Shown piece after piece: positions 31,593-43,290 of a stretch of 64,000 nt of DNA. Where the stretch lies: positions 928,001 through 992,000 of the forward strand of contig CM000433.1 of the NCBI GenBank assembly GCA_000165345.1, read 5' to 3'. The notes under the pieces are model-generated. The model saw only the letters and a list, made by a program, of their open reading frames with translations, did not search any database and was not told the DNA's origin. The position numbers and the translations under genes are program-made. Numbering within the stretch: position 1 is the first letter of the stretch; each line of letters opens with the position of its first letter.

Positions 31593-33839
31593 ATGAGAGA
31601 AACTTCTGATTCTGAGTTAAGTGATATCACAGAAATTAATTCCGATGATGAATTACCCCTAGACTCTATTGGAGATTATTCAATTATTTCATTAAAAGGA
31701 GTACTTAAAGAGATTATATCATGTGGAAGTGGATACGAAAAACCAAGTATTGGTGATGAACTTCTTATTGAATTAGAAGGTCCAAATAAAGTAGAATCCA
31801 GTACTAATGGTGGTTGTATTTGTAGTAGTAGTAGTAGTAGTAGTAGTAATACAAATACTACTCAGGAAGAAAATAGCAGATTAAAGCTCATTCTGGGTGA
31901 CTATTCAATGGATAAATATGACTCTACTAGGAAGAGAGAAATACCATGGGGTATTGAAATGGCACTTAGAAAAATGCTTAAAGGAGAGAAATCTAATATA
32001 TTAATCAGAAAAGACTCAGTTTTCTCAAAACCAAGAGATTTAAATGGTAAAATCTGTTCAAATTCAATAATACATGTGGAGGATTATAAGAATTATAATA
32101 ATAGATCCAAAAAGTTGATAAATTTGATAAAAAAGGAAGTAAATGAATTTGATATATATAAAATAACCTTGCATGACTTTTATCATATTGAGATGATTTG
32201 TGATAAAGTTTATAAGAAAATTTGGAAAAGAGGAGTTCATTTAAAATCTCCAAATAAAAAGGACAAAGTGGAATTACTGATTTCTAAATTGCAGCTTGAG
32301 ACTGTTCTGGACAATTTTGCTACGTCTCCAAAACTAAATAACTTGAATTCTGGATTAGAGTGGATAAAGGTTTCTTTAAATCTTGAAAATTTATCAGAAA
32401 GTAATAAAATAATCAAAGAGATCTTTGGAAATGAAATATTCCCTATGAATAACTTTATCTATTGTATATTATCCATGAAACTTGGTGAGATTTCTGAGTT
32501 TAGAATTTATCCTACTAATAATGAAAAGCTTAACATACTAATTCATTTAACAGGATTTCACTGGGAAAAGAATATCCGCATAAAACTCCCATTTAATAAA
32601 GAAATTCAAAATAATAATGTTAAATTATCATCCTTTGAGAACGAGTCACTATATAATGACAATTCCATTCTTAAAGACGGAAAATTATCAGCTAAAAGAA
32701 TTTCTAGCTTAAATTTAGAACATAATACAAGAATTAATATTCTTTTAGAAAACTTTACTTTTGTTGATAATTTTAACCAAGGAAAAAGAATTGAACTTTC
32801 ATTACCATTTAAATCCACTGAAAACATTAAAAAAGCTCTTTTACAAGTTACTCCAGGCTTTTACAATCTTCCAATATGGCTTGAACAATCTATTCTTTAT
32901 TGTTTTCTTGGAGGAAAATATACTATTAAAATTCCTTTATCAATTATCTTCCTTTTCCCCCCATCAGAACTTCAAGTTAAATCAAAAAGTATAATTCAAC
33001 AAAAAACAAATTCTTTATTTATTTCTGAAAGTAATGCAAATAAAAATTCGCATGCAATTTGGGAGGCGGGAAAATTAATCAAAGAACTTGAGAATAAGGG
33101 ATATAAAATTGAAGATAATATTGAAGAAAATTTAGGGTTAGTTTTTGAGTTGGACTTGTCGATTTGTACGAGAGAAGTTGTTGAGAATTATATTCCAGCA
33201 ATTCCAAGTACTGCGAAAATGGAATTTGAATATTACTATAAATTGGGAAGAATTCTTAACAATTATAATGATTTAATATATAATAAAACTTGGAATATTT
33301 TGGCTTTGGAAGTTTTTGATAAATTTTTATATGTAAGTATTTTGCTTCCATTTTACTCAAAGTTGAATAATTGTGAACAATCTAAAAATGGTGTAAAATT
33401 GAAAATTATTGAGAAAGAAAATATTGATAATTCCAAGAATGAATATAATTATCATAATAATAACAAAACTCTCAATGAACAAAATCAGAAATTAATTATT
33501 TTGAAGTATGATAATAATTTTATTGAAAATGTAAATAATGATTCAACAATTAACAAAGAAATGGATTCAATCTCAATTTCTCATAAAATCTTAAACGATT
33601 TAGAATATGAAGAAAAGGAGCATTTAGAAAGCTTTATTAATGTTATTAATATCATACTTAAGATATATTGTGATATGAAACAGTTTGAAAAAGGCTTGAA
33701 TCTACTTAAAAAATATAAATTTCTTAAGGAATTTATATCTACTAATTCTGATATTGTTCAATTATCAGCTCTTAAAAATTATTACTCTAATAATGATACT
33801 TGTAAAATAACAGATTTGAGTTTAAATCAATTTTTTTAA
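31593..33839 (+). CDS. Hypothetical protein, about 748 aa. Contains a poly-Ser run.
   Basis: Long ORF. The track start at 31587 is a TTG; the first ATG is at 31593. An (AGT)9 repeat at about 31822-31848 encodes Ser9. No domain recognised. Confidence 0.5.
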   Translation: MRETSDSELSDITEINSDDELPLDSIGDYSIISLKGVLKEIISCGSGYEKPSIGDELLIELEGPNKVESSTNGGCICSSSSSSSSNTNTTQEENSRLKLILGDYSMDKYDSTRKREIPWGIEMALRKMLKGEKSNILIRKDSVFSKPRDLNGKICSNSIIHVEDYKNYNNRSKKLINLIKKEVNEFDIYKITLHDFYHIEMICDKVYKKIWKRGVHLKSPNKKDKVELLISKLQLETVLDNFATSPKLNNLNSGLEWIKVSLNLENLSESNKIIKEIFGNEIFPMNNFIYCILSMKLGEISEFRIYPTNNEKLNILIHLTGFHWEKNIRIKLPFNKEIQNNNVKLSSFENESLYNDNSILKDGKLSAKRISSLNLEHNTRINILLENFTFVDNFNQGKRIELSLPFKSTENIKKALLQVTPGFYNLPIWLEQSILYCFLGGKYTIKIPLSIIFLFPPSELQVKSKSIIQQKTNSLFISESNANKNSHAIWEAGKLIKELENKGYKIEDNIEENLGLVFELDLSICTREVVENYIPAIPSTAKMEFEYYYKLGRILNNYNDLIYNKTWNILALEVFDKFLYVSILLPFYSKLNNCEQSKNGVKLKIIEKENIDNSKNEYNYHNNNKTLNEQNQKLIILKYDNNFIENVNNDSTINKEMDSISISHKILNDLEYEEKEHLESFINVINIILKIYCDMKQFEKGLNLLKKYKFLKEFISTNSDIVQLSALKNYYSNNDTCKITDLSLNQFF

Positions 33840-34008
33840 ACAATTCAATTGAAAGATAAATTCGGTTTTGGATATTTTTCTTTATATTAATAGTTTTTTA
33901 CTCATTTATTCGTGATGTCTTTAAATAAATAGTTCAATATTATTATTTACATCTAATTTTTTTTACACCAATAATTTATTCATTAATTTGTAATATTTTC
34001 TATTAATT

Positions 34009-34344
34009 TTATAGTATTGTCTTCTTAACTTCTTTACCTGAAACTTTCACATATTTGCTTTTTACTCTTCCTAGAGATTTGCCAAAAATAACTAAATCCT
34101 TGATAACCAAATCCCATTTTCCATCAATACAGTTATAATGACTAATGGCTCCTTCACACTTAAGCTTTCGACCTGATTTTACATGTTTTTTTAAAATTTC
34201 TGAACAAGATTCTATATAATTTTCTATCATTTTTGTACTTTGGCTTGGAGAGATTCTTCTATCATTTACAAATTCATTTAATAAAACAACAAAGCTTTTG
34301 CCAATATTTAGCTCCAACCATTCTGAAAAATCTGCACCTTCCAT
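34009..34344 (-). CDS. TFIIA small (gamma) subunit-like, 111 aa.
   Basis: The length fits. The N-terminal helical part LELNIGKSFVVLLNEFV aligns with LYRNTTLGNSLQESLDELI. The C-terminal beta part ISHYNCIDGKWDLVIKDLVIF aligns with [20 protein letters not shown], and KYVKVSG with KVKIVAC. Confidence 0.5.
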   Translation of the reverse strand: MEGADFSEWLELNIGKSFVVLLNEFVNDRRISPSQSTKMIENYIESCSEILKKHVKSGRKLKCEGAISHYNCIDGKWDLVIKDLVIFGKSLGRVKSKYVKVSGKEVKKTIL

Positions 34345-34887
34345 ATCAACTTTGTTATTAATTATTTTAATATATTTTCTGATAAAATATTTATTAAAAT
34401 TAACAAATTTTCAAGTTTTGTTATTTAATTTCTAACAATAAAACCAAATTGGACTTTTTTTGTATTTGTTTTAATTAATTAATTACATTTTCTTTTATTA
34501 TCCACCATGTATGTAACTTTAATATATATCAAACTAAGATATATATTAATTCCCAACTTTTACCAAATACTAATATATCTCCTTTAGATTATGTTTTTTT
34601 AAAAGAATTAAATACAGATGAAAATTGGTTCAACAACTTTGCATTAAAATTAAAATGTTATATATCCAACACTATTAAAAAATCATTACAATATGAAAAG
34701 TTCAAACTATTTGTCAAATCTATTTTAAGTGAATACTAACAAATATATATTATAAATGTAAAACAATACTGATAAATGTAAAATATTACTGAAAATTCTT
34801 TCTTTTCTTTACAATTTATTATTCATTTATTAGCACAAATAATATAAATATGCTACACACATAAATTAAATATTATATATTTGTTAG

Positions 34888-34914
34888 TTACCGCCCAAAT
34901 GTGGCGGGAGTTTT
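34888..34914. promoter_or_regulatory. Inverted pair of E2F-like sites CCGCCCAAATGTGGCGGGAG, upstream of the proteasome beta5 gene and the divergent TFIIA-gamma gene.
   Basis: Seen in the sequence: ttaccgcccaaatgtggcgggagtttt. Confidence 0.4.
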
Positions 34915-35200
34915 TGGGGGGTGTTTTGGAGAAATGTAATAATAAATTGATATTAATAATAATTGTATAGTAATTAAATAAGTAAAAATTGAGGATATTT
35001 GTTTAATTGTTAAACATTGTGAGTTTGAAGAAAGGTTAAAAGAAAGGGAGGAACAAGTTGTTTTTTTTAAAGAATAACAAAAGAATAGTTTATAACTTAA
35101 TTCAAGCCAATTGTGTTAAAGATTGCAAAATAGTTTGTTATATTGCATTACTTTTCTGTTAATTTTTTTCGTAAATAATCCATACAAGTTTGTAAAAAAA

Positions 35201-36073
35201 ATGACTTTTGATTTTTTGGATTCAGGCATTGAAGCAATCAACCACTATGGAATAAGAAATGAGAATTTGAAAAATTCAGGATTTTTAAGATTGGATTTCT
35301 TTGGAAATGATAAAGATGAAGAAGATTTTGTGGAAAGAATATATGAAGAAACTTTTCAATATGCAAAGATTGAAAATCCATGTAAATTTGTAAGTGAATA
35401 TAATAAAGGAGAGATCAGAAAGATGATGAATAGAGGTACTACAACATTAGGATTCATTTATCAAGGAGGAGTAATATTAGCAGTTGATAGTAGAGCATCA
35501 CAAGGAAGTTATATTGCAAGTCAAGAAGTGAAAAAGATTATTCAGATTAATGATTTCTTATTAGGAACTATGGCAGGAGGTGCAGCAGATTGTTCATATT
35601 GGGAAAGAGTACTTTCAAAGTTATGTAGACTTTATGAACTTAGAAATGGAGAAAGAATTAGTGTAGCGGGAGCTTCGAAGATGATCACCAATATATTCTT
35701 CCATTATAGAGCTTATGATCTTTCTGCAGGAATTATGATTGCAGGATTTGATAAAGATGGTCCTCATCTGTATTATGTAGATAATGAAGGATCTAGAGTA
35801 AAAGATTGTAAATTTTCTGTTGGATCAGGTTCTTTATATGCTTATGGTGTTTTAGACAGTGGGTATAGATATGATTTAACTGATGAAGAAGCTATTGATC
35901 TTGGAAAGAGAGCTATTGTAATTGCAACAAACAGAGATGGTGGTTCAGGAGGTCTTGTTAGAGTTTATCAAATAAATAAAAATGGTGTTATTAAGCATGT
36001 ACCAGGAGAAGATGTTTCTGAACTTCATTATGCATACTCTAAAAAACAAGGCACTGATCCAACAAAAATGTAA
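35201..36073 (+). CDS. PSMB5: 20S proteasome subunit beta5 (PSMB5-type, chymotrypsin-like) with a propeptide.
   Basis: RG|TTTLGFIYQGGVILAVDSRAS, LLGTMAGGAADC, YELRNGERISVAGASK, FSVGSGS.YAYGVLD. The track start at 35123 is a TTG; ATG is at 35201. The propeptide is about 75 aa. Confidence 0.85.
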   Translation: MTFDFLDSGIEAINHYGIRNENLKNSGFLRLDFFGNDKDEEDFVERIYEETFQYAKIENPCKFVSEYNKGEIRKMMNRGTTTLGFIYQGGVILAVDSRASQGSYIASQEVKKIIQINDFLLGTMAGGAADCSYWERVLSKLCRLYELRNGERISVAGASKMITNIFFHYRAYDLSAGIMIAGFDKDGPHLYYVDNEGSRVKDCKFSVGSGSLYAYGVLDSGYRYDLTDEEAIDLGKRAIVIATNRDGGSGGLVRVYQINKNGVIKHVPGEDVSELHYAYSKKQGTDPTKM

Positions 36074-36704
36074 TTTTATCTTTTTTTTCAATATGTGAAA
36101 GTATATATTATTGATTTCAATAACTTAGTAAATATTTCAACTTTTTCTAGCTAAATCAAACAATTAATATTGTTTAATATATTTATTTACATAATTACGT
36201 GTCAGAATTTAGATTTTAACTATAATATCTATTAGATATATATTTATATATCTAATAGACATTTGCATGTATACTAATTAAACTCTGTTCTGATCCTAAT
36301 GTTTGATTTAAAACAATTCTAAATAGTAAATTATTCCATTAGATAACAAATTATTAGTATTTATTTGTTAAGATTTTTTTTTTCCAAGTGTGAGAATGAC
36401 ATGCATGCATGCATGCAAAACTTAAAAATGATTTTAATAAAATACAAATTAAACAAAACTCAATAATAGCTTATCCTAGCATACTGAAATATATGAAACA
36501 ATAATTCAAGGCTGAAAATATTCATTAATCTACAATTTTCTCTGGCATTGATTATTTTGATTTTTTTTTTTTTTTTTTGTTTTTTTCCTAATCTTATTAG
36601 GCCTAAAGTTAACTAAATATAACTGCATTTCCTATAATACCTTCCTTATTAAGAAACCTGCTAATAAATAAACCCATAAATTAAATTAATATCAATAAAA
36701 TGAA

Positions 36705-38152
36705 TTATTCATCTTCGGTAGAATAATCTTCAAATATATTCATTGTCTCAGAATTAAATGGTTGGCCACTTTCAATAATAATAGAAGAAACAGTATTACT
36801 ATAATTAATCCATGAATGTGATGAGTTTCTTTTTCTTTCAATTTCTATTGCATTTGAGATTGCTTGAAGTTGAGTAATAAAAGCTTTTGGAGAAAGTCCT
36901 GAAGAACATCTAATAATTTTTGAATATCTAACAGCTTTATCAACAACAGCTAAATGAACTGCAGCACATTCTTCAAAATCATTATCGCCAATACTAATCA
37001 AATCTAATTTAATATTGTCTATATTTGAAGTCCATCTAGTTACAATCTTCTCAAATTCAAATTTTTTGGCCAACATCCAATAATTAAAGTACTTTTCTCC
37101 ATCTTCAATATCTGGTTCTTGACCAATAGGATTAGTTCGAATGATCTGAATTCCTAATTCGTTTAAAGCATTACTTAGTTCTGGAAACATAGTATCAACA
37201 ACTTTAAGCCATCCAGTAGATCTTGCATTTGTAACAATTGCTACATCTAAGAACATATTTTTAGCATAACTTAAGATTCGAATAATACTTGGTATTAATT
37301 GGTAATTGACTTGCTGATCAATCTGCATCCTTATATATTGATAGACATTATTAGAAGAATTTGAGAATAAATAGCTCAATGCAGGATTTTGTCTAATCTT
37401 AGTATAAGTGTCTCTAATCCAATCTGTTGGAATTAATGTATCATCAAGATCAAATATTGCAATAGTATTTTTTTGATAAGTATTAGTATTCAAATTATTA
37501 TGATTAGCAAAGATATTTAAATTATCATAATTATATCTATATCCATAACTTTGAATATTCTGAGTAATTTTCATTAGATTCAAACCTCCTCTTTGAGTTT
37601 GATTATTAGGTATTTGTTTAACTAAAACTGCACTTTCTTGATTAGTTTTTAAATGACATCCTAATTTTGTTTCACTCTTATTTGATTCATAATTGGAGGA
37701 TGATTCAGATTTTTGCCCTAATCCAGATACTAAACCTAGGCTTGTGCTTGGACCTAGAATTGTTCCAGCTCCTATTCCTGCTCCTGTTCCTATTCCTGCT
37801 CCTGTTCCTATTATTGCTCCTGTTCCTATTACTGCCCCTGTTCCTGCTCCTAACTCAGATCTTGCAGTCTCTAATGATGAAGAATTTGGATTTGAATTAT
37901 ATTCAATATTCCTTCCCGGAATTGAATATTCACCTTTAGTTTTTAAATGAGTAGCATTTAATGTTGCATAATTTGAAATATCGCCTTGAGCTCCTAAAGA
38001 TGAATTACTATTTGAATGAATTCTGCTTTGAGAATTATTTAATGTTTCAAATCCTTGATCTTTGCTTGGAGAATTTTGGTTTTGTGCAAATATTAAACCA
38101 CGTTTAAACGTATGTATTGGTGAACAAAGGCTAGCTAAGTCTATAATAGCCA
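36705..38152 (-). CDS. HAD-superfamily hydrolase-like protein with a (GxG/AGTG)n low-complexity insert.
   Basis: IAIFDLDDTLIPT is the HAD motif I (DxDxT). A Rossmann-like C-terminal half follows. The track start at 38180 is a TTG; the ATG (MAIIDLASL) is at 38152. Confidence 0.5.
37735..37865 (-). repeat. Imperfect tandem repeats of about 18 bp (cctgttcctattcctgct...) encoding AGTGAGIGTG. They create spurious plus-strand ORFs at 37667..37950.
   Basis: Seen in the sequence. Confidence 0.6.
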
Positions 38153-39321
38153 TCTTATTTGAATTATTTCTATCTTTCAAAATTTATTATTATTATTATT
38201 ACCTTATCCAACTGACAATATAGTAGTAATATATTGAATACTTATTGTGAAAAAAAGTTATTTAATTTAATGACTTTTTAATTGATATTGTAATTCTATA
38301 AATTTGTAGAAAATTGTCATTACTTAATTAGACCAAGAAATAAATCTTTAGATTATTGACTTCCCAAACAAATATCTAAACTCAATATTTTTTTTCAGTT
38401 TTAAACTCGCAAATAGATGAATGAAATTTATTTTGCAATGAAATTTATCTATGAAAATATAATATATTATTTAGAATTGGCTTATTTTGACGCTTATCTT
38501 AATAGATCTTATTAGAAATTCTAAATTATATGCTTTTTAATTCTCTATTCTCTTTTCAGACTTTTATATTATTTGATATTTTCATGATATATCTATTGTT
38601 AGTTATTTTACTTATACCTAAATTATCGTCTAATCTTTTTGACATGTTACCACCTGGGTGCACATTGCTGGCGCCAAAATGATTCTCGGAGAACACTGAG
38701 TGTTTTTGCATATATTACACCCTTGATATAAAAAATCGTTTAATTAAATATTTGATTTTATTTAATTATTTTAATTTTAAAGCTACTTTAAAAATTTATA
38801 TTAATATATGATATTTTAGCCAAAAAATGATTGAAAACTATATTAATCTCTGGGGGTGAAACTGGGAGGAAAAAAAAGCACTAATTAAATTTCCTTTTTT
38901 TTAATTTTTGTTTAACAGCTAAATGCTAATTATCACAATAATTACTTAAATTTTCGTCATTATTGTTGTTAGTTGCAATGATATTTACTATTTAATCATT
39001 TGAAGAATATTTATTTACTCATTTCCTGTCAAATAATTAATTTTCTATTTAGAGCTTTATTTTATTTTTCCATGCATTACATGCAAATGCATGCAACCAA
39101 ACACGTCATACATGCAAATTTGTTATTGTTTTTATTGTCCACATTGAATTGAAAGATTTGTGGAAAAAATGATTAAATCAATTAAGAGAAAAATTTGGCA
39201 ATTGATTTATAAACATTTTTTTTATTATAGTATAACAATAATCCTTACTAACAGTAATACACCACTGGATAAATCTATATCAATAACTCCACATATTTAT
39301 TGGATTAATGCTATAATATTA

Positions 39322-42300
39322 CTATTTAAGTTCAACATTAATTACACCATCAGCAAATTCAACAGGCTTCTCTAAGCCGGCTTTATTATTACTGATGTCT
39401 ATTTGACCAATTTTTCGGTTGAAGGCAAAATCATGGCTCTTACTTGGGAATAAATGAATTTTTGGTGGTACACATCCGTGAATAATAAATGTACTTGCAA
39501 GAAATGCCATAATATGCCATATTGAATGGAAAAACCAATAAGTGTCCACAGTTTCAAGAAACCAAGTAATACAACCAATGGTGCCCATAATAAATCCAAT
39601 TAAAATATGTCTAGGTGAGTAATATTCACGATCAAAAATGAAAATAAGTTTCTTATAACCGTTAATAATGGAATATTGTAAGCGAGTAAAAAAATGATTT
39701 GCATTACGAACTGTTGAATTTAAATTCCGAGCAGAATTTGGATTCTGAGCAACATCATCAACTGAAGCAATATCATCAACTTTTGAAATATTAAACTGAG
39801 ATGCAGAAGAATTTTTCTGACAATCTTTACAAGCGCTAATGCAATTTGAAGAATTTTGTGGAGATTTTTTCAATTCTTCGCTATTATTTGAATTATTGTT
39901 ATCTTTTGAAATTAAATTGGTTGGAGTATTTAATGTATTTGTCAACTCAATGGGAATTGTACACGAAATATTTGATGGGATCTTTTCACTATATAATTTT
40001 GTGGTACTATACCAATAAATTATTCTTGAAAGTAGAATTGTAAAACAATTCATTAATGGAATTACTGTTGTTACTAGTCTTGAAGTTAATAAAGTAAGAA
40101 GAACTAAAACAATTATCTGTGCGAATAATAATGAAATCTCAACTTTATAATTAAATCTGCAAAGTAATATAAATACAAAAGAAATAATAAGCTGAGCTGA
40201 AATTAAATCACCTTTTAAAAGCATATCTTCATGATCAACAAGTAAACCAACTTCTGCAGCATGAAATATTGATGATATTAATCCTGCAATAAAAGCTAAA
40301 AAGGCTACTAGCCATTTCTTCTTAAATATGCATACCAGAATTGTTGGAATTGCAACAAAATTCGTTCCCACTAATGTTATTGGATAAGCTAATATTGATT
40401 GACTTGATAAATATGGATATGAACAATAAAATCCACCCCATCCAGGATAGCACGAACAATAAATATTAATATTTCCCGAATATTCTACTAAAGAACAATC
40501 TCCATGTCCTGAACATGTTGATGCTTTACACATTTTTGGTATCATCTGATGCTTCAATCTAATATTTATTGATTTTATTGGAATATTCTCCGTTGGTTTA
40601 ATATCTGTCTTAATATTGATCTTAAAAGCAAATGGAAGATTATTATTAATTGTTGATAGTGGTATTGAAATATTTGCTATCTGTATTATTGAATTATCAA
40701 TTATTTTGGGTTCTGAAGCTGTATTAAAGATTTTCGTCTCTTTTAATTCATAATCTTTTATTAAATTATAATTATTCTCATTATATACTGGAAATCTTCC
40801 AAGTAATCCAATATAATCAATGATCAGTGAGCAATTATATCTATCAAATAAATACAATAATTCATTACTTATATATAAAAACAAATTATTACTTTCAAAA
40901 GAAAGAATATTTGTTTTTGTTTTTGGTATTACAATATAAAATGGTTCATTCAATTTAACATTCATATCCAAATTTTCACTCTCTATCATTCTTGGCATAG
41001 TTTCCAATTTATAATTTGGATCTACTCTTGTTGTTAACCACTTTACTATGAATGGATCTCCTGTTAATTGTGTATAATTCAAATCATAAAAGAATTTCAT
41101 ATTAAAACTATTTATATTACTATTCTCAGATATCCCCATATCTATGTTTGATCTGGTATTATATTGGAAAAGAAATGGATAAATGAAATATTTTGATGGT
41201 TTTATATTATTTAAAATTAAATTTACTTTGATCATCTTTGGATCATTTTTATTATTATTTTCACCACTATCATTTCTTACCAGTTTCATTGATATTGAAT
41301 CAACATTACTTCTAAGTTGTGGAGGAAGATTCTCATTCTTTATTAAATTATCTGATAATTCATTCTTTAAATCAATACATATATTTGGTGAAAATGGTGA
41401 ATTTAAATGATCATTTATTAATGGTATTGATGCTAATGAATCTTTAATGTTCGAATTTGTTTCTTTTTTATCAAATGTTAATTGGTTATTCTTATTTATT
41501 TTATCCAATAATTCATCATTCCAATAATATGGTGATAAGTAAATGCAAAAATTATGTGAAATATTATCAATTAATTCATTATTCATATCTTTTTTATTAT
41601 TATTTATTTCACCAATCTGAATCGAAAATTGTAATACTGCATTACATATTGTAACAAAGTCATTCTCTAATATACAAACTGGAGTTGAAAATATCTTCAA
41701 GTTATTTAATGGTAAATTATTGCTATTAATCATACTTTTACCTGAATCTTTTATATTATCTTTTTTATTATTAATTGGACCAGTTAAGCTATATTCTGAA
41801 GATGGAGAAAGAGTCATAATTTCATTATTATTATATTCCACCAAACATCCAATACTTAAAATTACGTATTGTGAAGAACAAGGACAATAATGTCTTCTTG
41901 TAAATTCTATATCAACATCGCCAATATAAATATCAATATTATAAGCATTATTATCTAATAGTGGGAAATTACATAGAGGAAGTTTTCTACCAAATATTGT
42001 TCCTTTATTAATTCCACTTGGAATATCAATTCTAGTATCATAATTATAAGGTGTTGCCAAATTTCCGCATCTCAAAAAAATCGTAAATCCTTGAGTTAAT
42101 GTACTTTCAATAATTTTTATCTCTAATTCTGGATATATAAATGAATTTGGAGTTGTTACTGAAAAATGGTAATTATCACATAAGTATAACTTTTTTGTAG
42201 GCATCCATGTAATTTTTGGTCCTATTGTATTCTTTTCCTTTATATTATTATTATTACTACTTTTAATTCCACCTCTATTCGTATTTTTCGCTAATTCGTT

Positions 42301-42411
42301 ATATTCTTTTATTGAAATAAAGTCCTCACATGGAATCTCCTTAGATATTAATAATATTATTAAAAATATAAATTCAACCAATAATTTTCTGTGTAATATA
42401 ACTTTATTCAT
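39322..42411 (-). CDS. TMEM8/PGAP6-like protein: signal peptide, large ectodomain, an EGF-like module and a C-terminal 7-TM CREST-type putative hydrolase domain.
   Basis: EGF-like module: CKASTCSGHGDCSLVEYSGNINIYCSCYPGWGGFYC. The multi-TM region carries the conserved CREST motifs SSIFH, DHED and HSIWHIMAF (H-x3-H). Confidence 0.55.
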   Translation of the reverse strand: MNKVILHRKLLVEFIFLIILLISKEIPCEDFISIKEYNELAKNTNRGGIKSSNNNNIKEKNTIGPKITWMPTKKLYLCDNYHFSVTTPNSFIYPELEIKIIESTLTQGFTIFLRCGNLATPYNYDTRIDIPSGINKGTIFGRKLPLCNFPLLDNNAYNIDIYIGDVDIEFTRRHYCPCSSQYVILSIGCLVEYNNNEIMTLSPSSEYSLTGPINNKKDNIKDSGKSMINSNNLPLNNLKIFSTPVCILENDFVTICNAVLQFSIQIGEINNNKKDMNNELIDNISHNFCIYLSPYYWNDELLDKINKNNQLTFDKKETNSNIKDSLASIPLINDHLNSPFSPNICIDLKNELSDNLIKNENLPPQLRSNVDSISMKLVRNDSGENNNKNDPKMIKVNLILNNIKPSKYFIYPFLFQYNTRSNIDMGISENSNINSFNMKFFYDLNYTQLTGDPFIVKWLTTRVDPNYKLETMPRMIESENLDMNVKLNEPFYIVIPKTKTNILSFESNNLFLYISNELLYLFDRYNCSLIIDYIGLLGRFPVYNENNYNLIKDYELKETKIFNTASEPKIIDNSIIQIANISIPLSTINNNLPFAFKINIKTDIKPTENIPIKSINIRLKHQMIPKMCKASTCSGHGDCSLVEYSGNINIYCSCYPGWGGFYCSYPYLSSQSILAYPITLVGTNFVAIPTILVCIFKKKWLVAFLAFIAGLISSIFHAAEVGLLVDHEDMLLKGDLISAQLIISFVFILLCRFNYKVEISLLFAQIIVLVLLTLLTSRLVTTVIPLMNCFTILLSRIIYWYSTTKLYSEKIPSNISCTIPIELTNTLNTPTNLISKDNNNSNNSEELKKSPQNSSNCISACKDCQKNSSASQFNISKVDDIASVDDVAQNPNSARNLNSTVRNANHFFTRLQYSIINGYKKLIFIFDREYYSPRHILIGFIMGTIGCITWFLETVDTYWFFHSIWHIMAFLASTFIIHGCVPPKIHLFPSKSHDFAFNRKIGQIDISNNKAGLEKPVEFADGVINVELK

Positions 42412-43290
42412 TATTTCTTAAGGTTTGCTTACTCAGATTATTTAAAAATATATTTAATATATAGGCATATTTAAATTAAGTATTTGTCAACGCATTACAT
42501 ATATTAATATTTATCAATTTAAAATTAGTTTACCACACACACTCAATTTCTGTATTAGAATATAAAAACCATTTATTCTTCCTGGAAAAATATGAACTGA
42601 AATATTTTAAGTTCTGATGACTTGAGATAACAGTTCCAAAATACAGAGTAAATGTTTACTCCATGAGATTTATTTATGTTGAATAATTTTTTTTATTTCT
42701 TGAAATTTAAAAAAAAAAAAATGCATTTACTTTAACTTTGACANTTATTATGTTATAATAATTTAANATTAACTAATTTATAGTTCCCGCCATATGTTTT
42801 ATTTTTTATTTAAATATTAAAAAAAATAGATGACTAAATTATAATTAATATGGATATTTATAAAAAAAAAAAAAAAATAAATAATAATTCCCCACAATAA
42901 CTAAATTTGTCTAATTTTATTAATTTTGAGTTTTTAATGATTTCTGTATTATAATTCTTTCACACATTTTTAGATCTAAGTTTTTTCACACAAATTTCTA
43001 TTACATGCAATCTTTCAACCAATTAATAAATAAGAATTCCTTCAAAAATTGGTTTTAATGAGATAATTTAGAATATTTTCATTATAATTAATTAAAATTA
43101 TTATAAATTAATGTTTCTACTTATTGAAATGATTACTAATAACTGCCTAAATTATTAAATTGAAATATATAATATATATGTATATTTATTTATCTTTAAT
43201 TTGAAAATCGGAGTTTAAATTAAACCTGTAATTATAAAATATATTTGAGAACAAAATATTTCTATTACTAATAATAGAAATATATTTCTC

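Noticed and set aside
35123-35200. Track start 35123 for the proteasome gene, with TTG/GTG pseudo-starts also at 27447, 29342, 31587, 38180, 14286, 21506 and 63540.
   Set aside because: The ORF caller reports TTG/GTG as M. The real starts are the first ATG or an upstream exon.
37667-37950. Plus-strand ORFs encoding poly-Leu/Phe or poly-Pro/Ala/Val.
   Set aside because: Antisense or out-of-frame readings of the 18-bp repeat inside the HAD-like gene.
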